Positions 28,851 through 64,000 of a stretch of DNA of 64,000 nt are shown piece by piece (position 1 is the first letter of the stretch; every line of letters begins with the position of its first letter). The notes beneath the pieces were generated by a model. That model worked only from the letters and a program-made list of their open reading frames with translations. It had not been told where the DNA came from and did no database searches. The DNA is from Chrysomallon squamiferum. Taxonomy: Eukaryota > Animalia > Mollusca. The DNA lies in contig CM022669.1 of NCBI GenBank assembly GCA_012295275.1, forward strand, positions 6,448,001 to 6,512,000, in the 5' to 3' direction. Both the position numbers and the translations under genes were made by a program.

Positions 28851-29927
28851 GCTGCTGCTTCTGCTGCTGCTGTTTTCTCTTTTTTGTAAAAATGTTGTAG
28901 CTGTTTTGTTTCTTCCATTTATTTAGTGTACTAAAACTCATTGGTAGTAATTTTAATTTCGGTCGTTTCAAGATAATGAAAGCAAATAAATAAAATTTAC
29001 AGCAAAATAATAATTTTGAAAAAAAAAAAAAAAAAAAAGAAAGAAAAAAAAAAGCAGAAGAAGAAGAAGAAGAACAGACAGAAATGAAAGCGAGAACTGA
29101 TAGAATATATAGATACCGAGAGTCTCATTATTAGAAAGTGAGGTTTTAATTTCCCTTGTTTGGCATACAACTGTAAATCTACAAGCGAGTCTTCCTCTCG
29201 TTCTAATCTCAACTTTTCACCCTAATTGTAAATATATAATTTCCCATTAGCATTTAGATTGTTGTCGATAGCTTGATATTCCTTCCGTCTGCATCGTATT
29301 TCAGATGTCCAATTCATTCTGAACGGGGCTGTTCAAATTTATGACTTAATCTGTCGAATGTTATAAGTTTTAATTTGCCGCTCACCGCTATGCGACGAAA
29401 GAAATCTGCTTCGGTGCTCATTAACCGCAAATTCAGAGGCAATCTCTTCCGCTCCGACTTCGGCCTTTTTAAACACATGAGAAGGGAGATAACTCTAAAC
29501 CGAATTTGTTTTCGCGAAGACCGCCATCATTCGGCAATCTCGTAAAATAGCGAGTAATCTAGCGCTACGATTTTTTTACGAGATCTGTTGAGAACATGCT
29601 GAGAAAACATAATGGAGATTCAGAAGTGCAATTGCATTTGTGACACAGTATACCTCGAGATGCAAGCGTTCTGCAGGCAAAGTGAATCCGCGTCTATTCT
29701 GCCTGACGATTTGCCGTGCCGGGGATAACTCATAGTCACGTCAAAAGTTTGGTCGTTTCTCCAGTCAAAGACGTCGGGATCAATTTCTTAAAGCGAGTCG
29801 TTTACTCTGATCACTTACTCATTATTTTGTTTCCATCGAATGTTCGAGATGACAAAACGTGTACTGCTTCTTCGTTTCCTGAGTTAATGTATTACGAGTG
29901 TTAGGGAATGCGGGCGCGCCTATGCAT

Positions 29928-29970
<43 letters not shown>

Positions 29971-30361
29971 ATGTATGTATTTTATGTATGTATATGTTAC
30001 ATTAGGATGTGTGCATGTGTTATTTTAGTATGTGTGTTAATGTATGTATTGTAAATATATAAGACCTTTTTAAGAAATAACAATCAGCTTCATATGCTGA
30101 GTATAGGTTTAATACGAATAACGACTGCACTCCAAATACAGCCTTTTTTCTTTATCATCATCATCATCATTATCATCATCTTATTATTATTATTAATGTT
30201 GTTGTTTTTTGTTGTTTTTTATCATTTTGTTTCTCCAGAATAATATTATATTTATTTTTTTTTTCTTTATTTTTTTATTTTTTTTTTTATTTTTTTATTT
30301 TAATGATAAATATCGCATAGACTACTGTAATGAAATGGGTCAATGAGTGTATGTATATGTA

Positions 30362-30401
<40 letters not shown>

Positions 30402-30869
30402 CTGTACATACATAAATTTAATCCATTAATAAAAAATAATTTTAAAAGGAAAACAAACAAAAAAACCATATATATAATAAAATAAATAACAAAAACATTT
30501 CCGCTGTCTTGAAAATTACAGAATATTTTAACTCCAAGTATGTTATTAGTTTTAACGAGTAGTTTAGCATGTTCTGTCAAAATATGTTACCGACTTAATC
30601 CGAAACTTAACGAAAAATAATTTATGATTTATTATCCTGGCCAGATAGTATTTACTGTTTACATTCTTTTTGCTTTGTAATTGTGTAATTAAGTAAAGAT
30701 TTATCGCTCTTTTAATAGTTTGTAAAAATATAACGAGACGAGATAATATTAAAAAACATTGTTTTTTTTTTTTTTTTTTTTTCAAAGTTACTTATAGCCG
30801 TTATTTACAGCAGTTAATTTTAATTATTTATTTATTTTATGTTATTTTTTGTTTTAGATGCTGTTGTTG

Positions 30870-30903
<34 letters not shown>

Positions 30904-31089
30904 GAAGTAACATATAATTTCCTTCCTCTTCGCTGCCTCGATACACGTTTAAAGTACTGGTACCTGCCTCGGGCAACAAATAAAAACAAATTTAAGCCAT
31001 TTGCATATAAAATAATAATTTTGCCAATCTCTTTAGAGAGCCATGTTTCAGCACGTCTTGTAAGGGACGAAAATGTAAAGAAATACAAA

Positions 31090-31560
31090 AGAAAGCCCCA
31101 TGGGTCTCGTGGGCAGTTCCCGCGAACAATTAACGTCGATTAGTTTCACCCCACGTCCTGGTCAATGCAGAGTGCAAATTAGTTTTACTGGAAAAACACC
31201 GTTTAACATAGCCCGACGCTGATTGGTCATAACCAAATGAAAGCTTTCTTGTGATTGGACGTAATCTTTGTGCTTATGATAACCAGGACTGAACAATGGC
31301 CGAGAACTTGTGGAGTGCCAGTTTGTTGTTAGAAGTGCTCGTAATTAGACCCTAAGGAAACCTTGAAGAGGTTATTGTGATGGAAGAATACCTCTCCGTT
31401 CGTGGTGGTCATTGTAATGTAGCAAAAATTATCCATGCCGACACACTTGACCAGGTCACGTGTTTATAAAGTCTGTAACGGTCAAGGTCAAGGTTTTGTA
31501 TGATTTATACAGGCGTGTTATTTTCTTAAATTGGCAGTTGTAACATCTATTCTCGTCTTA
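31090..31560. promoter_or_regulatory. Candidate promoter/enhancer: two ATTGG boxes 32 bp apart, E-box, TTTATAAA, tandem AAGGTCA
   Basis: motifs at 31222, 31254, 31455-31470 and 31481-31495. Confidence 0.5.
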
Positions 31561-31620
31561 GGTTAAATTCTTGGTGGAATGGCTGAGGCAATGTTTTTTT
31601 TATTTATTTTCATTTATTTA

Positions 31621-31657
<37 letters not shown>

Positions 31658-32257
31658 TATTATTGTTGTTGGTGGGTGTTGTTTGTTTGTTTGGGGGTTT
31701 TTTGTTGTTGTTTTTTTTTTTTTTTGCTTTTTTATTTATTTATTTTTTTTTTTTGTCAATGGATCCATAAATTATCGAAATAATTATATTTGCTATATCT
31801 GTATTTCCGAGGTATCCGCGCAACATCTATGATCCGTGCAGGAAAATTCATTTGATCATTCACGGCCGCGAGGTATCCCCGAAGAAACCAAACTGAGGAA
31901 GAAAACATCTAAAATAAAATATTATCTCCTTCCTAGAAATATTCGAGTGCTATTTTACTTTCCATATTAGTATCCGCCATGGACTTCTATGATGGGTAAA
32001 CATGTTGAACGTCTTTTGAGGTTTAGAGTCGATCCCCTTGAAGCAGAATCACGCAATACCTACACGGATAACGTGCTTATAAAAACGTAGCTTTTCTATT
32101 GTTCAGTAAGAAAAATTAATAACAATGAGACACTATTATATTTTCCAGCTTATGTTTGCAATTTAAAACGAAATGCAGATGTACTGATAGAGAGACAACA
32201 TTTTGTTTTGACAGTGGATGATGACATGGCATAATAAATGTTGTTTTCTTCTTCTTC

Positions 32258-32293
<36 letters not shown>

Positions 32294-33443
32294 GTTTATT
32301 CTTAATTTAGGCGCTTACCTTATTCTTTCTTTCTTTCTTTCTTTCTTTTTTTTTTTTTTTTTTTTTTTTTTAATCTTCTTATTTAAAAAGAGTAATAAAT
32401 GCATGATAAAGGGATTTAATACGTACAAAAGACGACACTAGGAAATAACAAAAATACTGGTTTTAACCAGAAAACAAACTGATCCTTTTATTAAAGCCGA
32501 CATATTAGTGTCGCTGGTTATTCCCCTTTGACACAGAGTCACCAGTAACGACAAACTAAACAATTACGATTTGAAAATCCATAATGTATCTGAGGGCAGA
32601 AGATAAAGAGATTACCACTGACGTGAAACACAAGCTGACCTCGATCAATTAGTCGCAGCGCCCCAAGACGTCTTATTAAACCAATCAAAATTCAATTTGT
32701 TCCTCGGGAGCCGGTGTCAAAGGTCACGGGTAACTCCTGCCAGGGTTTAGCTACAAAACGGCGGGATAAAGCGCTCGCATTGTTCTGTAGAAATATCTGT
32801 TACTTCTTTGTGTTTTTGGTGCCTGCGCCGTGTCGACTTATTCGGTCCCGTTCCAGAAATGTGGGTTTTAATAACAATATGTTTGTTTTACGTCAGATTA
32901 TGTTGTGTCTGCCGTTAATAATTTCTTAATGACTTCAACGGAAACATTTTTTGTGTGTTAAATCACTAGGCTAGGTATTTTATTATATAATAGTTTATAT
33001 ACGTGTGTGTGTGTGTGTGTATGTTATATTGCGTCCATTTTATTATTTATTTATTTGGGGTGTTTTTTTTTGGGGGGGGCATTTTTAAAGTATATTTATA
33101 CATATTTAATAAAATATATTTTGAAGGCTGATGATTGTATATTAAGTAGAGTAATTGATTTGTTGAACATTAAAACAGACTACACGAGAGACAATGTTTC
33201 ATTCATGAAGAAATTAAAAAAGAAAAAAAGAAAAGAAACTGTTTTGTAACTCATACAAAGGTACATCAGTACAGGAGTAAACAATACCAGTGTTATCTGA
33301 TTTGGAGACTAATTTTAAGTTGTTTTTATGTGCAAGAATCGTTTATATCAGGTTTAAGTTTATCTCCAGTGTCATCAGATCTGTCAGTTGCGATACAATA
33401 AAAAATAATCACGTGATAGTTTCATGTTTCCATTAGTCAACCT

Positions 33444-33505
<62 letters not shown>

Positions 33506-33996
33506 AGAACGCAGAACATTACCTCTACACTCTATACATCATTCCCTGCCACAATGCTGAAGTAAAAAAAAAAAAAAAAAAGAACCGACACACACACACA
33601 CAAAAAAGAAGAAGAAAATACAACTTCGCAACAGGCCACTTGATTACCAGTCAATCCAAGAGTAAACAAAACATGGGTGTTGCTTTGTAGCTTACCTTCA
33701 AACAATCTGAACCCGCTAGCTTCAATTTAAAACGTGCGAAAAGCAGCCGAGGAGGTGTGAAAACTGGCGCGTAATCTGACGTTCAATTTACCTCTCTACT
33801 CATCGATCGACAGTAAACCAAGGTAAACGGAACAAATCCCAGTGAACGCACGTCTTTTCAGTCTCTGCCGCTACACTGGTATCTCGCTTTGAGCCGCTTG
33901 TCGCCAGTAGGGCTAGGACCCCTGACCCACGGCGCCGAGGACTGATTACCAGTCGCAGGCAGCTTACATGGCGGTGTTTATGTTCGAGGGAGGGTA

Positions 33997-34028
<32 letters not shown>

Positions 34029-35080
34029 CGAGTAAATAAAGATACGTAAAGAAATGTATAGAAGGGGAAAAGAAAGAAAAATAGAACACACACGCATACA
34101 CACATATGCCTGCACATATATATGTATATATATATGTATGTATGTATTTATTTATGTATGTATATATATGTATGTATGTATGGACGTACGTATGGACGTA
34201 TGTACGTATGTATGTATATGTATGTGTGGGTGTATGCATGCATGTATGTATACACACAAATAATTTTCTTTCTTTTATCGTGATTAAAATTATCATCATC
34301 ATCATCATCATTATAAGACTGTTAAAGTAGCAATGATTATATTACTAATAACAGTATAAAAAATAATGTTTATATAAGATCAGTATAAGAAATGCGGACC
34401 ATGCATTTAACACTTCAAATGTGCCGGTGTAAGACAAATAAATCAGCCTTTGCTAACAATAAAGTACGCCAGTAATACAGCATGTTCATATCACAGACTC
34501 GTGATGTCTCCAAAACCTATCAATACGCCAAATAAGTAATATTTTATTCAGTTCGTCGTGTTCTACGAAGTGACGTTATGAAACGAGAATACGACAACGT
34601 TCGTGCCTCGTTTTGATCGAAATTTCTTACTATCTTCTCACTTTGTTGTTTCTTTCGTTCTTTCAATATTTTGGGTTTTTTTTTTTGGTTTTTAAATAAA
34701 ATAAAATAATTATTTTGAAATAGACAAAATGTTTCACTTGATCCTCCGCCGAGACACACTTTAATCCGTGCGTTAAATCCAAGCTTCCGATTCCTTTTAT
34801 CTGTGCTGCGATAGCGCTAAACATTGAGGGATTACGTTACATCTAATTACCATTATCTCTCACGTAACTGCGCTCCTCCCACTCTTTGTATCGGCTTGTA
34901 CTTCTTTTATTTATTTATTTACTTACTTGTTATTATTATTATCATCATCGTCATCATCGTCGTCATCTTTAATACAACAATTACCACTACTACTATTATT
35001 ATTATTATTATTATCATTATTATCATTACTACTACTACTATTATCATCATCATCATCACCACAACCACCACCACCACCAC

Positions 35081-35158
<78 letters not shown>

Positions 35159-36509
35159 TTTATTATGATAAAATTTATTGTCATTCTTAAATCTATAAAT
35201 ACCATAATGCTGTTCGAAAATTATGGACTCCCCTAGTGTGTGTATATACAAAGCATGATCTTCATGATAACTTAAAATACTGTGATGTTAATTTGTAAAC
35301 TAAACTAATATGCAAATCATAACAAAATCTACAACAACATACCGTTATAGCTCGTACCAGTTTTTGTCATTATTCATTAATATCGAAGAAAAAATCCTTT
35401 GACAGTTATTACCATTATGACGTCACTAACTAACGTCTCCATGTTAACATCACGATCGTGTTTGACTGTGTTGACCAAAGAAAGCAAGAGATCAAATAGC
35501 TGGAATGCTGCGTTACCTGTACTTTAGGCCACTTTTAGAAAACAGGTCAGTGGTCAGTGACAGTGAATTCAAAATCCAACAAAACAAAACTTACAGCAAA
35601 AATACCAGAATAAGCAATTTCTAAATAGGAGGTTACTCAATTTGCATATTGTTTGAAGTTCAACGTACTTTCTGACAGTCATGTCAAACCTGTATCAAAT
35701 GGCTATAATTATAATAACGCTGTTTTAACATACGATGTTCACAATGATCTAATTGTAAAAAATACGAGTGGCGATAACTCAGTCTTTTAAATATATTTGC
35801 AATGAGTTATTTAATTTAATGTTATTTTAGTTATTTTATGAAACTTGTACTCTCTCCTAACACAAATTACTAAAACAAACCAGTTCATGTTTCAAAAAAA
35901 AAAAAAAAAAAGAAAGAAAGAAGGAAAGAAAATCATAACATTTCGTTATTTACTAAGTATTAGCCCGAATTATCGTTAGTTTGAAAGTTCTTACTTGTCT
36001 CAGTAAACTCCCCTTCAGTGTTCTGCTACAAAAACAAGAAAAGTTTATGTAGAGAAAAAAAAATAATAATAATAAATAAATAAATGAATAAAGAAGGAAA
36101 AAAAAAAGAAAGAAAAAAAAAAGGATATTTCCGAAAAATAAATAAATAAACAAACAAATAAAAATAAATAAATAAATAAAAACCACTCGACATGCAGTCG
36201 TCAATCCATGAACTATTCCATGAACTTCGACCTGATACGGAGCAAGGGAGATAACTGCCTGTTCACCATGTGTGTTAATATATACTTGCACCAATTTTTC
36301 AACATGTTCGAATGTCGAGTTATGCATCATTATTTTATTATTATTCTTAAAATTCTTTTCAGTCGTGATTAAAATGTTCAAATATTTAGCCTCTGTGTGT
36401 TTGTATGTATATGAATGCAAATGCTGACATTGTTTCACAAATAATAATTACAAAAAATGTAGGAAAAACAAGACTAACACATTATCTTTTCAAATTCAGT
36501 GTATTAGCA

Positions 36510-39500
36510 TTTCATCATCATCACATTTATTTACATAAATACATTTTATACAAATAATAAACCCAAAGGGCTGCTGTACAGTAGGCTTAATTTTCTTTAT
36601 CACAAATTCTCAATCCACACACACACAGCTCACCTTTCACACCATTTCATGTTCACACTAATTTCACACGAGACTTTATTTAAGTGGTTTGTGACTTTTA
36701 TGAAGATCTACCGAAAACAAAGACAGTGCCTAAAGTTCCAGATAAAACAAGGCACTTCAAATTATTTTGCTGTGTGTCTTCTTCACTGCTCAAAACTTTT
36801 AAAAAGATTTCATAAATATAGCCTAAATTGTGTAAAGAATGAAAAATTTAAATAAAAGATAATTCAATATTAATCATTAAAAAACTAAATTATTAAAGTT
36901 TAAGTCAAAAATATTAGTTTAAAATGTAAAAATAAATTTGTTACACTGTTAATATTTGACAGTTAAATTTAAACAGTTTACAGTTACAAGAATCAAACTG
37001 CTACTTGCATCTAGTCAAATTTTAATGGTTTTTTGTGGGGTTTTTTCTTTTGTCCGATCCATAGCTTTCCATTTGTTGAATTATTTAATTAAAAAAAAGT
37101 AACAGATCTTGTTGTTTTTTTTGTTTTTTTTTAAAAATGAAGGAGATATTTACGACAAAATTGAAATGAGTGACTAAAAACACGAAGGACAATAATGTTG
37201 AGAAGATCTTCCAATTCTTATGGAATGGAAATGAAAATGATTTTAACAAAAAAACAAAAACAAATCACATAAAACCTATTTCTGTACAATATTATCAAAA
37301 GTGTTTATTTCTTTTTATGTATTCAAATAAATCTTAAAAAAAAAAAATAATAATAAATAAATAAATAAATATAATACAATAATTTTGTGACAGTAATCCA
37401 ATTCTTCTTTCTGCAAGACAAAACATGTGTAAAACCAGATCTTAGAATCTTACTATGAAATTCTAAACTTAAATTAATTTAAACTCAGTATTTAGAGAAT
37501 GAACATTGAGACCTCTCTTCCTTCTAAACAATATTTTATCTGAATTTTATCCCTTTTCACACTGATGGATGTATTGTCAATTCATTTGTAAAAAAAAAAA
37601 TTTTTTTTTTTTGGGACAAGGTAACTGAAGATTCCACACAAAGCAATAGATATTTAAAAATAAATATAAGGCTACTCTCTTGAAATCATCTGTAAACAAG
37701 AAAAGCCACATTTGGCACAATAAACTAAACACAATCAAGCGAAAATAAATAAATCTATTTTATAGACAAACTATTGTAATTAATTGAAAACACAATCCGA
37801 TAAAAATAAATAATAAAATAAATATATTATCTATTCTCTCACATTTAAATACATTACAAATTCTCACCTTCAGAATCATTAAATTAATACTTTTTTCCCC
37901 CCAAGTTCCTTTTGTAATTAAATCTTTACTCAAATATAAAACATTTTCTTTTACTGAAAGATAGTTTTGTTTCCAATAAATCAATTCTTAAAATGGAAAT
38001 TAAGGACAACTTTCATAATCGTGTATTTTCAGCCAAGTAACCGATACAAAAAAATTCTACAAATACCTGGATTAAGGGAGTTATTTAATTAACTCATAAA
38101 ATCTGTCATTTATATAAACTTAAAATATTCTATTTGTACTTTTTTTTAACATGGTACATTCAAATGCAGCTAAATGATGGACTGGTTGTGGATGTAAATA
38201 TTGTGCAATGATACTCATTAGGTAATTTTTACCTTTTCTATTTATCAAACGTAACATATCTGTGTCCTTATATTTTTATAACATTATTTTATATTTAAAC
38301 TTCATTACTGGTAAAGGTTGGCCACCACAGATAAAACCTCTTGGAAATATTTAAAATATATTTAGTTTCACCTTGATTTAACTTTAATTAATGATCTGCT
38401 CAACAGAAAATATAAAATGTTTTCTAAAAGACTTAGAAAAGTTTTACTGCTAAAAGGATTTTATGAAAATAAAAACAATTAATGAAAATATTAAAGAAAT
38501 GATGAAATGCATGATCTGCTCGCAGATTCCTTAGTAGTTCTTAAAGGTGGTAACTACATATTTAAAAAAATAATAAATATAAAAAGCATTCATTTGCTAT
38601 TGAAAAATAAAATTGTGCCATTTTTTATTTATCATCTAATTACTTTAAAAAGAAAAAATTGAGAAGTCCTCTAGTTTTAATTAACCTGTGTGAAAAGGGG
38701 CAATTAGTTTACAGTATTTGGGAATGTTATTTGTAAATTTTCTTTACATTTTAATATAAGTCAATTTCAAATACTATTTTTTTTTTTTTTTATTAATGTT
38801 TTTCTGGATATTAATCACACAAAAAATATAATTTTCAGAACATCTCAGCTCACATTAAAAAAAAAAAAAAAAAGATTTTGACCACTGATATTTCAACTGT
38901 TAGTTGTACCTTATCTTTTTTAATGTAAATGCAACTCTATGGATCAAAACAATGTAGCACTCAGCAAAAAGAGATTTTTATGTTTTCAAAAAAATACTGA
39001 AATTTTAAAATGTTTAACCATACTTCTTTTTATTTCATTAGGTATACCAGTTTTTTAGAGTGCATAACTATTATTTGTTGGATTCTATCACCAAAGAATA
39101 TGTGTTATGGTAACCAAATTTTATTTGTGATTTCAAAATCAGTATTAATATATTTCAGACACTTAAAGTAATAGCTGAATTTGAATTCAAGGAGAAATTA
39201 TTTTAAAAGTGATGGGGAGAAGGTGGAATGTTTCAGAAAATTATTTAAAAAATGGATGCAACAGATATTAGTTATAAAACATCTGCCAAGGAATTGTGTT
39301 CAGGATAATTTTGTCCTCAGAAATTTCAAGGATAAAAAAAAAATATAGTAAAAAATAGAAAAGGCGAGATGGAATGAAAATGAATTTTTTTTTTTAATGT
39401 AATAGGATAATGAGCAATGCTTAAAGTTGTTTTCATTTTTCAGTGTTTATTAAGTGATTTTACTTTGTAATGAAAACAGTTATAAAACCCAGACATTCAG

Positions 39501-40496
39501 TCACTGAACACACATTATGTACAAGCTTTTTTTTTTTTTTTTTTTTTTTTCAACTGCAGTACAACTAAAAAAATAAATTCATTTTTATACACAATCTTCC
39601 TTTTTTCTATTTACTTTTTAATCTCAAACTTTCAAAGCAAACCGGTGCATTTCTGGTATGAGGGAAGAATGAGGAAGAAACCAAAAAAATCTTAGAAATA
39701 AAAAAAAAAAAAAAAAAAAAAAAAAAATAAAAAAAAAAAAAAATAAAAATAAATGTAAGATGAAATAACTCAAAATTCTTTTACTAGTCTGGACCAGTCT
39801 TCTGGTCTGGTAAAATGTATTGCATAAATCTGTGTTCTTGTTGACAGATATGTGAAAATGGAATCCCTGAAAGACTTATTAAAACACTGACTTTTTTTCT
39901 TTTTTTTTTTTTAAGACAACATCATGTCCTTAGACACATCATCATTTCTCAACTTGGAATCATACGATCAAAGTTTTTACCTCACTTTTCAAAAAATTCT
40001 CAAAAAGTTTTATTTAAAAAAAAAAAAAAAAAAAAAATAATAATAATAATAATAATAATAATGATGAAGTTTTTAGTCACAGTTCAAGATCTGCACCAAC
40101 AATTACCAGAAACATCGGCTTTTACATCCATTTTGTTTCAAAGCCAACCACGGACACACAGAATGTTTTTTACTGAACAATTATGCCGTACTTGGATACT
40201 AATCCCGAGACAGAAACCTGTTGAATCACAGAAATTTTTAAGAGTCTTCCAGTCTCTTTGAGCAGCACCAGCAAAATTATGACTTGAACATGATTCACAG
40301 CCACACACAGTCGTCTTCTTCTGCAGTGACAACACCGTTCCTGCAACATCAAGATCTTCCTTCGGCCAACAACCAATGCAGTGTCTCTAGAGGCTGACAA
40401 ATGATCGAGAATAATTTAGATGATCGATGAAATCAACTACGACACAACCATGATTAAAAATGGGCGTCGAGCGGGGTGGTGCCCCAGATGGTTGAC
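36510..40496 (-). other. Probable long CHD1 3'UTR (about 4 kb)
   Basis: CpG-depleted, AU-rich sequence continuous with the last exon. Minus-strand AATAAA near 36526-36531 sits just inside the compositional boundary. The end point is inferred. Confidence 0.5.
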
Positions 40497-62606
<22,110 letters not shown>

Positions 62607-62799
62607 CTGCAAAACAGTGATCAACAAATTATAAGTAAAAGAAAAACAAACCAACGAAACATTTTTTTTTATGCATTTAAAGATAAAAAAATGATCAGAA
62701 AATTTTGTAAAACTATTAATAAAGCAAAAAGCCAGATTAAATACTCAGACACATTCAAAGGGTAAAAAAAAAATGCAGGACATTATTTACAACAGAACA

Positions 62800-62877
62800 G
62801 CATCACTGAACAAAATCAGTATATCAACTCTTGAAAAGGCATCACTGAACAAAGTCAGTATATCAACTCTTGAAAAG
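62800..62877. repeat. 39-bp tandem duplication
   Basis: GCATCACTGAACAAA(A/G)TCAGTATATCAACTCTTGAAAAG twice. Confidence 0.9.
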
Positions 62878-63639
62878 AAACAAATCCATTCATCTGTAAA
62901 CAATACTATATCAATTAGTTATTAAGTTATAAAAAAATAATAATAATAACAAAAATAAAATTAATAATTGTTATTCTTAAGACATTTTTTTAAATTAGGC
63001 CTAACCATTCCACATCTATTTTTTCATTTTCATTTTTATTTTATCCATTTTTTTTGTTTATGTTTGTTTGTGTTTTTTACTTTTCTTTAATTATTTCATT
63101 AAGACATTCTACACATTTTAATATACTATTCATGTTATACAAAATTTTAAAATAAACCAAAGAGCAATTAGTTATGTTCAAAATACTGAACAAATTAATT
63201 GGTGCATATATAAAAGCATAAAAATCTAATTGGCGTCCGACCAAAAAACCAAAAACTTTTTGCCAGTCATATTGAACTAATCATGGTGCATCCATTTTAA
63301 AAGAAAATTTTTTGGTCCATCATTAATTATTATTTATTACTGTTTATTGATTTGAATTTATTATATTTACATCATTCTCTCATTGTAAATAGTGCTAAAA
63401 ATCAAAATAAAAAATTATTTTATCTTTCTTCTTTTTTGTTTCTTATTGTGTAATTTTCTACTAAATTAGTGCATGAGACATTTTTAAATTAATGTCAATA
63501 ATTATTAATGAATAAAATGTAATTGGAAGTTATGTGATTGTGATTCAATGTACCACCATTGTTATTTTTCTATTATTTTTGAAAGTAAGAAAAGACAAAA
63601 TCATCTTTATAATATAGTGGTCACAGTGTATCAGATAAA

Positions 63640-63746
63640 CTGCTTTCAAGTTTGGAAAATTATCAACTGATTTCTTTTTACTTCTGCTGCTGTTGTTTTC
63701 TTTCAGGAGGGAAGGTCCCAAATTAAATCTATCAAAGAAGTTGTAC
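63640..63746 (-). other. Possible additional upstream CHD1 exon
   Basis: tttcag acceptor at 63747-63749 followed by a less AT-rich open stretch (YNFFDRFNLGPSLLKENNSSRSKKKSV); donor uncertain. Confidence 0.3.
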
Positions 63747-64000
63747 CTGAAATTTCAAACTTCTAACTTCCAATATTTCAAATGTTTTTGTTTTCTCATT
63801 TGTTTTATTATTAAAATCCATCATTTAGATATTCATTAATTTAATCACTACTGAAATCTCTGCTAAATCTTCTTAAACGTAAATTTAAAAAACAATATTA
63901 TTTTATTTTATTTTATTTTATTTATCTATTTTTAATAAAGTTATGAGATGTTTTAAAACTAATTTCTAAGGTTCAAATTTTTAATTTTAAATCCAAAATA

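Overview
AT-rich, microsatellite-dense animal genomic DNA. A gastropod mollusc is my inference from the repeat style and the CHD1 protein; it is not proven. The window has two very different halves. (1) About 36.5-64 kb holds a CHD1/CHD2-family chromodomain-helicase gene on the minus strand. I traced 37 coding exons by hand (62606 down to the TGA at 40497-40499; 5535 nt, 1845 codons including the stop, reading frame consistent). They encode two chromodomains, the SNF2 ATPase, the SANT/SLIDE-like DNA-binding domain and the CHCT (DUF4208) domain. The start codon lies further upstream, and a 3'UTR of about 4 kb is likely. This half is CpG-depleted and has several splicing oddities: a GC-AG intron, a tandemly quadruplicated splice acceptor, and candidate poison exons. 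(2) About 1-36.4 kb has no credible host coding exon. It alternates between 0.3-0.7 kb CpG-retaining islands and long simple-repeat spacers. The islands are rich in CRE, E-box, nuclear-receptor, Fox and RFX-like motifs and look like a large cis-regulatory array. A decayed 2.5 kb hAT transposon with an apparent 6-bp target-site duplication sits at 19378-21921. Most short ORFs in the supplied track are microsatellite artefacts. All coordinates and counts were read by eye; no database search was run.
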